Shown here one piece after another: positions 38,058 to 46,480 of a stretch of DNA of 64,000 nt. The notes beneath the pieces are model-generated. The model did not search any database and was not told the DNA's origin. It saw only the letters and a list, made by a program, of their open reading frames with translations. Origin of the DNA: an uncultured Chloroflexia bacterium (GTDB taxonomy: Bacteria; Chloroflexota; Limnocylindria; Limnocylindrales; CSP1-4); contig CAVTIN010000015.1 in the NCBI GenBank assembly GCA_963734895.1, positions 72,628-136,627 of the forward strand, in the 5' to 3' direction. Each line of letters begins with the position of its first letter. Positions within the stretch are counted from its first letter, which is position 1. The position numbers and the translations under genes are program-made.

Positions 38058-39551
38058 TCAATCCGACGCGGCCACGCCCCCGGTCTCGGCAGCCACCCGC
38101 CGCATGAGGGTGGCGAACGCGGCCGGCTCCTCGAACTGCGGCCGGTGGCCGGAGTGCTCGAACACGATCCGTTCCTTCGCCGGGGCGTCGAGCATTGCGA
38201 ACCACTCGTCCGCGAGGACCGCACGCCCCCGCGCCTCGTGGGCGCCGATGACCATGTACACGGGCACTTCGAGCCGGGTGGCGTCCGTTCGGAAGTCGAC
38301 GTCCTGGATCTGCGGATAGAGGACCGAGAACGTGTCAAGGAACGAGCGCAGGCCGTTGATCCGGTCCATCAGCCCGTTCTCGGGCACGAACAGGACCGCC
38401 GGCATCTCGCGATCGAGATCGAGCTCCGGATACGCGTTCCAGTCGTGCTCGTGGGAGACCGCGGGCTCGTAGGCGAGCAGGTCGTCGTACGGTGGCGGAC
38501 CGTTCCGGCGGAGCGTGGCGGCCAGGGCGCTGTCCCCCGTCTGCTCTGCCCAGGCGAGCGTGTCCTCCCAGAACATCCGGTCCGTCTCGCGCGGGCTGAC
38601 CATCTGGCCGGTGCCGACGAAGGCGTGGTAGCGGTCGGGCTGTCGCTGCACGGCGAGCACGCCGAGGATCGAGCCCCAGGAGTTCCCGGCGACGTAGATC
38701 CGGTCCTGCCCGAACCGGTCACGGAGGTAGTCGGTGAGCTCGATGGTGTCGGCGACCATCGAGTCAACGGTGAGCGTCGAGACCGGGTCGAGAGCGGGGT
38801 ACGACTTGCCCACGCCGCGCTGCTCCCAGGTGGCCACGACGAAGTCCTGCTCCAGCCCGACATCCGCACGCATCGCGCCGAGGTCGGTGCCGCCGGGTCC
38901 GCCGGCGAGATACAGGAGCACGGGGCTGCCGGTGCTTCGGCCGCGGATCATGACCGCCTGGTCATGACCCCCGATCCTGACGTCCACGATCTCGGCGACG
39001 CTGCCATCGAGCGGCTGTCCATCCGCCGTGAACACGGGCGGCGTCGAGACCGGGAGCGCGATCTGCACGCCGAGCGCGATGAGCGCGATCGTGCCCAGTC
39101 CAGCGGCGATGCGACCTGGCCAGCCGAGCTGCATCGCACGCGGGTGTCCGAGGCGCGCCGCGATCTCGACGCCCCACAGGCTGCCAGCCATGATCGGGAC
39201 CAGCAGCAGCAGCGCATCGACGCCGCGGCCCAGCACGAACGCGATCAGACCGTACGTCGAGCCGAGGCTGATGGTGTCGACGGTCGGACCGGTGATCCCG
39301 ATCACCGCGAGCCGCACGACCTCGAAGGCGGCGGCGAACACGAAGAGGGAGAGCAGTCCGCTGCGTCGGCTGCCGCTGACGAGACCCGACACGGTCCCCA
39401 GAGCGAAGGCGCCGACGAGCGAGCCGACGGCCTGCGGGGCGGTGATCGGACCACGCGGCATGAGCCACGCCCAGGCGGCGCCGGCGAGCGCCGCAAGCAC
39501 GGCGACGAGCAGCCAGCCCTGGGCTTCATTCATCCGGATCTTCTCGTTCAT
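38058..39551 (-). CDS. Membrane-anchored alpha/beta hydrolase (prolyl aminopeptidase-like S33)
   Basis: About 190 aa of TM helices, then LLYLAGGPGG, the nucleophile elbow AGNSWGS, and C-terminal HSGHRP. Confidence 0.85.
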   Translation of the reverse strand: MNEKIRMNEAQGWLLVAVLAALAGAAWAWLMPRGPITAPQAVGSLVGAFALGTVSGLVSGSRRSGLLSLFVFAAAFEVVRLAVIGITGPTVDTISLGSTYGLIAFVLGRGVDALLLLVPIMAGSLWGVEIAARLGHPRAMQLGWPGRIAAGLGTIALIALGVQIALPVSTPPVFTADGQPLDGSVAEIVDVRIGGHDQAVMIRGRSTGSPVLLYLAGGPGGTDLGAMRADVGLEQDFVVATWEQRGVGKSYPALDPVSTLTVDSMVADTIELTDYLRDRFGQDRIYVAGNSWGSILGVLAVQRQPDRYHAFVGTGQMVSPRETDRMFWEDTLAWAEQTGDSALAATLRRNGPPPYDDLLAYEPAVSHEHDWNAYPELDLDREMPAVLFVPENGLMDRINGLRSFLDTFSVLYPQIQDVDFRTDATRLEVPVYMVIGAHEARGRAVLADEWFAMLDAPAKERIVFEHSGHRPQFEEPAAFATLMRRVAAETGGVAASD

Positions 39552-40393
39552 CGGGCGGCTCCCTCGAGCGTCAACGGACGGCGGGCGGGGCGGTCGGCCA
39601 GGCCCGACGCCGCGAGGACCGCGGCGATCACCGAGATGACGGCGAACACGACTGCCACCGACGGATCGGTGAGCTCGCCGCGCGCCGCCTGGATGACGAA
39701 CAGGGCGAACACGCTGATCGCCATCTGGACGGCGAACACCAGCCCGGCGAGCGCCAGCGGATAGCCGGCATCCGGGTTACGCACCAGCAGCCACGCACCG
39801 AGCGCGAGCAGCGGCAGCACGAATGCGAGGTCGAGGGTGTAGACGGCGCTGGTCGGCAGGTTCAGGTCGCTGATCGCCGCCGGCAGCTCGCCGCTCGTGA
39901 TCGCGGAGGCGATCTGGCCCAGCCACAGGGCCGCGAACAGGACCGCGACCAGGGCCAGGAAGCCTGCGGTGGTGCGACGCGGCAGGCCGGCACCGGTCCC
40001 GGCGGTGTCGCGGACGAGCGCCGGGGCCTGGAGCAACAGCGCCCATGCGGCGAGGCCGAGGACCGCGATATGGAGCGGGGTCACCGGGCTCACGACAACC
40101 TGGAATGCGTAGATGGCGTAGGTGTAGACGAGGTAGCCGAGGGAGCCGGCGACGACGAGTCGGGCGCGACCGGATCCGCGGCCCGACATCCACAGCGCGA
40201 TCGCGAGCGTCGGGACCGCGAGGAACAGGGTGGCGAGGTCGGCGGCCCTCGCCTGGTCGACCATCGCGGGGACGTCGCGATAGACGTCGGTGGCCAGGCC
40301 GGCGGCGGCGGCAACCGCGGCGAGCGCAGTGGCGCCGGTGGCGAGCGCAGTGGCGCCCGCGGCGAGCGGGGTGGTGATACGGGACGAGGTCAT
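39548..40393 (-). CDS. Polytopic membrane protein, hypothetical
   Basis: ATG at 40393 lies 7 nt after AGGAGG. There are ATGA overlaps with both the upstream MarR gene and the downstream hydrolase gene. 281 aa, 7-8 TM segments. Confidence 0.6.
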   Translation of the reverse strand: MTSSRITTPLAAGATALATGATALAAVAAAAGLATDVYRDVPAMVDQARAADLATLFLAVPTLAIALWMSGRGSGRARLVVAGSLGYLVYTYAIYAFQVVVSPVTPLHIAVLGLAAWALLLQAPALVRDTAGTGAGLPRRTTAGFLALVAVLFAALWLGQIASAITSGELPAAISDLNLPTSAVYTLDLAFVLPLLALGAWLLVRNPDAGYPLALAGLVFAVQMAISVFALFVIQAARGELTDPSVAVVFAVISVIAAVLAASGLADRPARRPLTLEGAAR

Positions 40394-40968
40394 GGGCGTG
40401 CCTCCTTGCCTGGATGGGCGGACGCTGTGCGGATCGTTCCCGGGATGGGGTGTGAATCGTCGGCGACCTGGTCGCGGATGGTCCGATCGCCGATGCGGGC
40501 CAGCCACACGACGACCAGCGCGTGCAGCCGTTCGAGCTCGTCGTCGTCGAGGTCGGCGAACAGGGCGCGCAGCAGCGCGTCGCCCTCCGTTGCGATCTCG
40601 GGTGCAGAGAAGACCTCCGAGACCTTGTCGGTCACCTCCAGCCGGGTCGTCCGGCGGTCGCTCGGGTCGGTCACCAGGCGAACGAAGCCGCGGCGCTCGA
40701 GGCCGAGCGCAACCTGCTTGACGTTCTGGCGCGACGACCCGTATCGGGCGGCGGCTTCGGTCAGTGACGCGGCGTGGATCTCGTTCCCCGTCGACGACGG
40801 TGCGCCGCTCCCGAACCACCGTTCGAGGACGGCGAGCAGCAGCCATTGGTGCGACGTCAGACCGAGCGGGATGAGCGCCTCGTCGAGGCGGCGGGTCAGG
40901 TGCTGGACGAGCACCAGCAGCGAGCCGAAGAGCTCGGGGCGGGGGTCAGCGGGGGTCGTTTCGGGCAT
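40390..40968 (-). CDS. MarR family transcriptional regulator
   Basis: LTSHQWLLLAVLER...QNVKQVALGLERRGFVRLVTDPSDRRTTRLEVTD is the MarR wHTH and wing. Confidence 0.85.
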   Translation of the reverse strand: MPETTPADPRPELFGSLLVLVQHLTRRLDEALIPLGLTSHQWLLLAVLERWFGSGAPSSTGNEIHAASLTEAAARYGSSRQNVKQVALGLERRGFVRLVTDPSDRRTTRLEVTDKVSEVFSAPEIATEGDALLRALFADLDDDELERLHALVVVWLARIGDRTIRDQVADDSHPIPGTIRTASAHPGKEARP

Positions 40969-40990
40969 ATGCGTAACCTATTACGCATAT
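40967..40990. promoter_or_regulatory. Candidate MarR operator overlapping the marR start codon
   Basis: ATATGCGTAA-N4-TTACGCATAT is a perfect 10-bp inverted repeat. Its left arm includes the AT of the start codon. Confidence 0.45.
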
Positions 40991-41118
40991 CCTCCACAAA
41001 CCCGGGCCGGGGGTCCCGAATGGCATGGGCCTACCCGCCCGTCGCGGGTCGTCCGAGTCCCGGCGGGACCGGGACAGGCGGCCCGCAACTCGTCGGGTGC
41101 GCCGGCAGCCTGGGCGCG

Positions 41119-42027
41119 TCAGGCGACGTTCCTGACCGCGGCCACAGCCGGTTTGTGCGCGAACATCCGCCCCGCGACCTCCGCGGCCGTGGTCATCGGG
41201 ATCGAGGGGACGGCGGCGCGCACGGCCGGCCCATCGACTGCCATGTCACGGGTGTCCATGACCACGGCGGTCGCGATCTGCCGCGCCATCACCGGCTTGA
41301 TCGGCCGGAGCACGCGAGACAGCACGCGCATGGCCGGCAACGGGGTGTGCGACACGCGGCCCTCGATCCCGGTGGCGGCCCGGACGATCGCGACGAGGTC
41401 GTCCAGCGTCAGGTTCTCAGGTCCCGGCATCTCGATGGCTCGCCCACGCATGGAAGGGTCGCGGATCGCGAGCTCCGTGGCACGGGCGATATCGAGGGCC
41501 GACACGAAGTTGACGGGATTTCGCCCCCGTCCGAACACGACGGTCTTGCCGGTCTCCACCAGCGGACGCCCGACCAGCCCGAGCCAGGTCTCGAGATAGG
41601 CGGTCGGGCGGATGATGGTTGCCGCGATCCCAGTTTCGCGCACCGCGACCTCCGCGGCGAACTTGGCCCGAAGCAGCTCCATCGGGTGGTCGGGCGCCGC
41701 CTGGTGCACCGAGAACAGCACGAACTGCTCCACGCCGGCGTCCGCGGCCGCCCGCGCCAGCACGCGGTTACCCTCGGCATCGACCGCCTGCACGCCGGCC
41801 TGGGACGTGAACCCGGTGATCGCCGACACGACCACGCGCGCGCCCTCGACCGCCCGGCGCGCGCCGTCGGGCCGGGTGACGTCGGCGCCCACGATCTCGA
41901 CACCGGGCAGCTGCGCGGCTGCCGCATCAGGATTTCGCGACACGACTCGGACCGCCTCACCAGTCGCGGCGAGGAGCGGCACCAGCACGGGCCCCAGGGT
42001 CCCGGTTGCCCCGGCCACGACGATCAT
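41119..42027 (-). CDS. NmrA-like / atypical SDR NAD(P)-binding protein
   Basis: MIVVAGATGTLGPVLVPLL glycine-rich fold, IIRPTAYLE, 302 aa. Confidence 0.85.
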   Translation of the reverse strand: MIVVAGATGTLGPVLVPLLAATGEAVRVVSRNPDAAAAQLPGVEIVGADVTRPDGARRAVEGARVVVSAITGFTSQAGVQAVDAEGNRVLARAAADAGVEQFVLFSVHQAAPDHPMELLRAKFAAEVAVRETGIAATIIRPTAYLETWLGLVGRPLVETGKTVVFGRGRNPVNFVSALDIARATELAIRDPSMRGRAIEMPGPENLTLDDLVAIVRAATGIEGRVSHTPLPAMRVLSRVLRPIKPVMARQIATAVVMDTRDMAVDGPAVRAAVPSIPMTTAAEVAGRMFAHKPAVAAVRNVA

Positions 42028-42476
42028 CGGACCCGCTCCCCCGCCGGTGCGACGGTCTCGCGGACAGCGGTCTCCACGCCGACGCCGTCATCCGCGACGG
42101 GTTCCATGTAGAAGCGAGACCACGCGATCCGGTCACCCTCCACGCCAAGGATCGTCGTCCCGCGCATGAGGTGCGGCGCCCCATCGCGGCGCGTGCCCGT
42201 CCACTCCCATTCGGCCCACGCGACGTCGCCCGCGGTCGCGTGGCGGAGAAGCTCGGAATGGAGGTCGGGCACTCCCCCGAGGATCTGGGCCCAGTTGCGA
42301 CGAACCTGCTCGCTTCCCCGGAACGACCGCGACGGATGTACCGGGATCTCGCTCCGGTACTCGTCGGCGAAGCAACCCACGAGCGCGTCGAGGTCGTGGT
42401 GGTTGGTCGAATCCTGGAGACGCTTGACTACCTCCATCGGGTCACCAGCCATTGTCGAGTCCGCCATGATGGTCAC
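42024..42476 (-). CDS. SnoaL-like / NTF2-fold protein
   Basis: VVKRLQDSTNHHDLDALVGCFADEY... 4-bp overlap with the NmrA-like gene. The start is ambiguous (GTG at 42476 or ATG at 42467). Confidence 0.75.
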   Translation of the reverse strand: MTIMADSTMAGDPMEVVKRLQDSTNHHDLDALVGCFADEYRSEIPVHPSRSFRGSEQVRRNWAQILGGVPDLHSELLRHATAGDVAWAEWEWTGTRRDGAPHLMRGTTILGVEGDRIAWSRFYMEPVADDGVGVETAVRETVAPAGERVR

Positions 42477-42505
42477 ATGCCTCCGAGCCGTGGGACGCCG
42501 TCGAT

Positions 42506-42544
42506 ATTAGCCAGACGTCCGTGCTAATGACTATACTCATAGTC
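42506..42544. promoter_or_regulatory. Two adjacent palindromes in the tetR divergent region
   Basis: ATTAGC-N11-GCTAAT (42506-42528) is immediately followed by GACTAT-N4-ATAGTC (42529-42544). TATACT at 42532-42537 lies 9 nt before the tetR ATG. Confidence 0.4.
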
Positions 42545-42546
42545 TG

Positions 42547-43194
42547 ATGAACAGGACACGTGCCGTCAAGCGCGAATACCGGTCGCCGCTGCGCGCCGCG
42601 CAGGCGGACGCCACCCGGCGGGCGGTCATCGAGGCCGCCACCCGGTTGTTCGTCGAGCACGGCTACGGCGCAACCTCGATCGACGCCATCGCGACCGCCG
42701 CGGGCGTGAGCCGGGCCACGGTGTTCACCGCGGTCGGATCCAAGCCCGCGATCCTCAAGACCGCGTACGACGTGGCCCTCGTCGGAGACGACGAGCAGGT
42801 GGCCCTCCCCGATCGCGCCGACTCGCGGGCGATCCGCGCCGAGCCGGACCCGCGCCGTTACCTCGAGCGGTACGCGGCCCTGGTCGCGGACATCGGCGGC
42901 CGCGTCGCACCCGTCTACGAGGCGGTCCGCGGTGCCGCGAGTGCCGATCCGGAAGTCCGGCCGGTGTGGGAGAAGATCCTCCACGAGCGGCGGATCGGCG
43001 CGGATCACGTGGTCGCGGACACCGCGTCCAAGGGTCCGCTCCGGCCCGGGCTGGACCTCGAGACCGCCGCCGATGTCGTGTGGGTGCTGATCGATCCGGG
43101 CCTTGACCACCTGCTGGTCACACGCCGAGGATGGACGCCCGCGCGCTTCCGCGACTGGCTCGCTGCCTCGCTGTGTCGGGAGCTGCTCGGGTAG
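42547..43194 (+). CDS. TetR/AcrR family transcriptional regulator
   Basis: RRAVIEAATRLFVEHGYGATSIDAIATAAGVSRATVF is the canonical TetR HTH. Confidence 0.9.
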   Translation: MNRTRAVKREYRSPLRAAQADATRRAVIEAATRLFVEHGYGATSIDAIATAAGVSRATVFTAVGSKPAILKTAYDVALVGDDEQVALPDRADSRAIRAEPDPRRYLERYAALVADIGGRVAPVYEAVRGAASADPEVRPVWEKILHERRIGADHVVADTASKGPLRPGLDLETAADVVWVLIDPGLDHLLVTRRGWTPARFRDWLAASLCRELLG

Positions 43195-43289
43195 GCGGAT
43201 CCTGTCCATACCATCCCCCGGATCGCCGGCGCCATCCGTCCCGTCGGCGTCGTCACGCGACCCGGGCGCCCTGACGGCTATCCCCGTCG

Positions 43290-44003
43290 GTGGCGCGCTC
43301 CGCATCACCGAAGCGGGCGGAGGATTTCCCTGGATTGTCTGTGTCGTCAGACTGGATCGCCGAGGCGAGGATGACCTTTGGCGATCGGCTGGCACCCTTT
43401 AGACCCGTGTCGTCCCCGCACCACCGACCGGACCATTGGATACGAGGGCTGATCACGGGGCGCCGATCGCGGACCGCTGCCGGGACGCCCGGCATCAGCA
43501 CGCAAGGAGCTGCACCAACCGTGGATGACGTCCTCGTCCCCGTGCCCGTTGGCTGGGACGACCCGCTCACCGGCCTCGAGGGGCCGGTCTTCTGGCAACG
43601 CGTGCTGATCGGCGAGGTCGCCAGGACGACAAAGTACGGGCGCGATCTCACCGTGTGCGTCATCCAGGTCGAGGGCATCGACGCCGTCTTCGAAGCGAAC
43701 GGCGAGGCCGTCGCGCGCCGAGTCCTGCGTAAGGTTGCGCAGGTGGTGCGACGCGAGGCGAGGGCGAGCGACTATTGCGCCCGCATCGATGTCTGCCGGT
43801 TCGGCATCATCCTGACCGAGACGGACGAGATCGCGGCCATCAACTTCGTGGAACGCGTGCGGGAGGCCGCCCCGCGCAGCGTGCCGGAGGTCCGCGGGGT
43901 CGTCCGCTTCAGCTTCGGATGGGCGAGTGCGAAGGAGCGCGAGGCGCCGGACTCGCTCGTGCGTCGAGCGGAGCGGCGGCTGATCGCGGAGCTCACGCAC
44001 TAG
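43290..44003 (+). CDS. GGDEF-domain protein with degenerate active site
   Basis: The domain begins DPLTGLEG. The position of the GG(D/E)EF motif reads VCRFG (ARIDVCRFGIIL). The start is uncertain (43290 or ATG at 43371). Confidence 0.65.
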   Translation: MARSASPKRAEDFPGLSVSSDWIAEARMTFGDRLAPFRPVSSPHHRPDHWIRGLITGRRSRTAAGTPGISTQGAAPTVDDVLVPVPVGWDDPLTGLEGPVFWQRVLIGEVARTTKYGRDLTVCVIQVEGIDAVFEANGEAVARRVLRKVAQVVRREARASDYCARIDVCRFGIILTETDEIAAINFVERVREAAPRSVPEVRGVVRFSFGWASAKEREAPDSLVRRAERRLIAELTH

Positions 44004-44473
44004 CTCGGTCGGGCCCCGCGTCGCCTGCCGTCCGCCGGCGCGCTGATGCCCGCCGCTGCCCGGCTGCCGCCGTTGGCCGCATTCGTTCACGGCGCCGCTG
44101 CTACGCCAGTCTGGGGCCACGACCCTACCCTCCGCCGGCAACCGCTCGTCGCCGCCGCAAGCCTGCCCGCGACCCTCTGCCGCCCGCGACCCACCGCCGC
44201 CCGCGACCCAGCGCCGCATACCTGCCAGGTTTACGAAGCCGTGAAATCCGGCCGTCGCTCGCGCGTGCGAGTCCGTAATGGCGTCCAGCGCACGCTTCAC
44301 TCCCGGCATATGCGTCAGAGGCATGCGCCGGCCGACAAGGGACCGCCTGCCGGGTAGCGTGATGGTGTTCCAGCGCCGGTATCCGTGACAGGTATACGGA
44401 AGCACGGCGCAACGGTGGCACGCTGGAACGCGGGGGCGGCCCGTGGGCGAGAACCACAGCCGGGAGGTGCGGC

Positions 44474-44537
44474 GTGGGCACCGACGTGGTGTGGGCACCG
44501 ACGTGGTGTGGGCACCGACGTGGTGTGGGCACCGACG
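44474..44537. repeat. Perfect 17-bp tandem repeat, 3.8 copies
   Basis: GTGGGCACCGACGTGGT occurs three times (44474-44524), plus a 13-nt partial copy. The unit length is not a multiple of 3. Confidence 0.95.
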
Positions 44538-44579
44538 CACGGCGGGCGTCTCCGGCAATGGACCCTCGAGCTGCCCGCC

Positions 44580-44984
44580 CTACCCCTCGAGCGTCACGTA
44601 CAGCTTGCGCACGGTCTCGGCGATGTCCCAGCGCCCCGACCATCCGAGGGGCAACACCATCGCGACGCCGGGCTGCAGTTCGTGGACGGTGCCGTCGGCG
44701 TCGGTGATCCGCCCCCGACCCGCAAGGATGTGGACCGTCTCCGTGTTCGTCCGATGATCGATCGTCCAGCCACCGGGCGTGCACTCCCAGATGCCGACCT
44801 GGAGCGGACCCGACTCGTGGAGGACGCGGATCGCGGTCATCGGCTGGCCGGAATCGGCGCCGGCGCGCGGCCCCGTCGACTCCAGCGGGCCGAACAGGTC
44901 AGCCTCGGACGCGGTGATCGCAGCGGGAACCTCGAGCGAGGCGGGCAGCGGGATCACTGCTTCGGATGCGTGGGTGCTCGTCAT
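44580..44984 (-). CDS. Cupin domain protein (cupin_3 / DUF861-like)
   Basis: ATG at 44984 lies 8 nt after GGAGG, which directly follows the upstream stop. GIWECTPGGW...ETVHILAGRGRITD...G is the cupin motif pattern. Confidence 0.8.
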   Translation of the reverse strand: MTSTHASEAVIPLPASLEVPAAITASEADLFGPLESTGPRAGADSGQPMTAIRVLHESGPLQVGIWECTPGGWTIDHRTNTETVHILAGRGRITDADGTVHELQPGVAMVLPLGWSGRWDIAETVRKLYVTLEG

Positions 44985-44997
44985 CGAGAGAACCTCC

Positions 44998-46452
44998 TCA
45001 ATGCGCGGCAATGCGCTCGGCGAGGCTGCGCCCCGTCGGCGGCCGTCCGGTACGTGCCGCCTGCTCGTCCACTCGGCCGATGGCCCACTGCGCGTATCGG
45101 ACCCCGATCCAGCGGAACGGCTCGATCTCCCAGTTGGGCGACCGGTGGTTGACGACCGGGAGCTCGGTAAGCGGGCTCTGGGTGCCGGTGATCAGGTCGG
45201 CCAGCGTCCGGCCCGAGAGATTGGTCGCGGACACGCCGTGCCCCACGTACCCGCGGGCGGTCGCGATCCCCGACGCGGGATCGAACGCCATGGTCGGGTG
45301 CCAGTCTCGGGGCATGCCCAGGGGTCCGCCCCACTCGTGGGTGAACCGGATCCCGTTGAGCATCGGGAACCATTCGCGGACGAAGGACCTGAGCCGCTCG
45401 TGCGTGGCGTGGTGGTGGTCGAATTCCGGCCGGATCGGCGATCCGTACCGGTACGGTGCCCCACGCCCGCCGAACAGGATGCGCCCGTCCTCGGTGCGGG
45501 ACAGGTAGTCGATCGAAAGGCGCGTGGACGCCACAACCTCGCGGTTCCCCCAGCCGATCTCCGCCCACTGGGCTTCGGACAGGGGCTCCGTGAGCACGAT
45601 CAGCGACCACAGCGGGATCAGCTGGCGGTGCAGCGGTGACAGCTCGCTGAGGTACGCCTCGCCGGCAAGCACCACGACGGGCGCGCGGACGTCGCCGTAC
45701 GGCGTGACGAGCACCGCCTTCCCGTCGGCACCCTTCGGCCGGAACCCGGTCACCGGCGTTCCCTCGACGATCCGGACACCCAGCCGTTCGACAACCCGTG
45801 CGAGGCCGCGGACGAGGCGACCCGGATGGATCACCGCGGTGTCCTCGGAGACGAGCGCCCGGACCGCGCCGGCGATCCGGATCCGGTCCGCGAGCTCGGG
45901 CGCATCGAGCAGCCGGTAGCGATCCCCGAAGCCGAAGTGCCGGTACTCCTCCAGCGCCTGCTCAAGGGCCGGGACGCCGTGGGGGCCGCGCGCGACCTCG
46001 ATCTGGCCGCCCTTGTGGAACCCGGCGTCGATCTCCTCGGCAGCACACGCCCGGCCGACCTCGTCGACCGCCTCGTACGTCGCCTGCTGCATCCGCCGGG
46101 CCGCGTCCTCGCCGTGGAGCCGCGCGAGCCGGGTCATCGTGATGTTGAAGTCCGGCGCACACCACGCGCCGTTCCGCCCCGACGCCCCGAAGCCGGCCAC
46201 CTCGCGCTCGACGATCACGATGTTGAGCGATGGATCGCGACGCTTGAGGTAGTAGGCCGTCCAGAGGCCGGTCAGACCCGCGCCCAGGATCGCGACATCG
46301 GCGTCGATGGAGCCGGCCAGCGGCGGGCGGGGCGTCAGGTCGTCACCTGAGGTCTCGAGCCAGAAGGAAACGGAGGCGGGATCACGCACGGGCGCATCGT
46401 ATCCGGCCCCCGACTGCGCGCGAACCTCGTTGCGGTGCGCGGTCGTGGTCAC
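44998..46452 (-). CDS. FAD-dependent oxidoreductase (DAO family, PuuB/OrdL-like)
   Basis: DVAILGAGLTGLWTAYYL...VEREVAGFGASGRNGAW is the typical N-terminal FAD fold of this family. Confidence 0.9.
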   Translation of the reverse strand: MTTTAHRNEVRAQSGAGYDAPVRDPASVSFWLETSGDDLTPRPPLAGSIDADVAILGAGLTGLWTAYYLKRRDPSLNIVIVEREVAGFGASGRNGAWCAPDFNITMTRLARLHGEDAARRMQQATYEAVDEVGRACAAEEIDAGFHKGGQIEVARGPHGVPALEQALEEYRHFGFGDRYRLLDAPELADRIRIAGAVRALVSEDTAVIHPGRLVRGLARVVERLGVRIVEGTPVTGFRPKGADGKAVLVTPYGDVRAPVVVLAGEAYLSELSPLHRQLIPLWSLIVLTEPLSEAQWAEIGWGNREVVASTRLSIDYLSRTEDGRILFGGRGAPYRYGSPIRPEFDHHHATHERLRSFVREWFPMLNGIRFTHEWGGPLGMPRDWHPTMAFDPASGIATARGYVGHGVSATNLSGRTLADLITGTQSPLTELPVVNHRSPNWEIEPFRWIGVRYAQWAIGRVDEQAARTGRPPTGRSLAERIAAH

Positions 46453-46480
46453 CCTCGCCCGGGAGTCTGTGCTCGGGGCG

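Noticed and set aside
44474-44537. Tandem repeats here (and at 47824, 52122, 53207 and 60401) considered as CRISPR arrays
   Set aside because: The units are directly adjacent with no unique spacers. They are only 10-29 bp long, occur in 2-4 copies, and no cas genes are present.
43347-44558. 403-aa minus-strand ORF covering the GGDEF gene antisense and the gene-free region
   Set aside because: It runs through the 17-bp (non-triplet) tandem array and antisense through a recognisable GGDEF domain. Its composition is Arg/Pro/Gly-rich and it has no domain.
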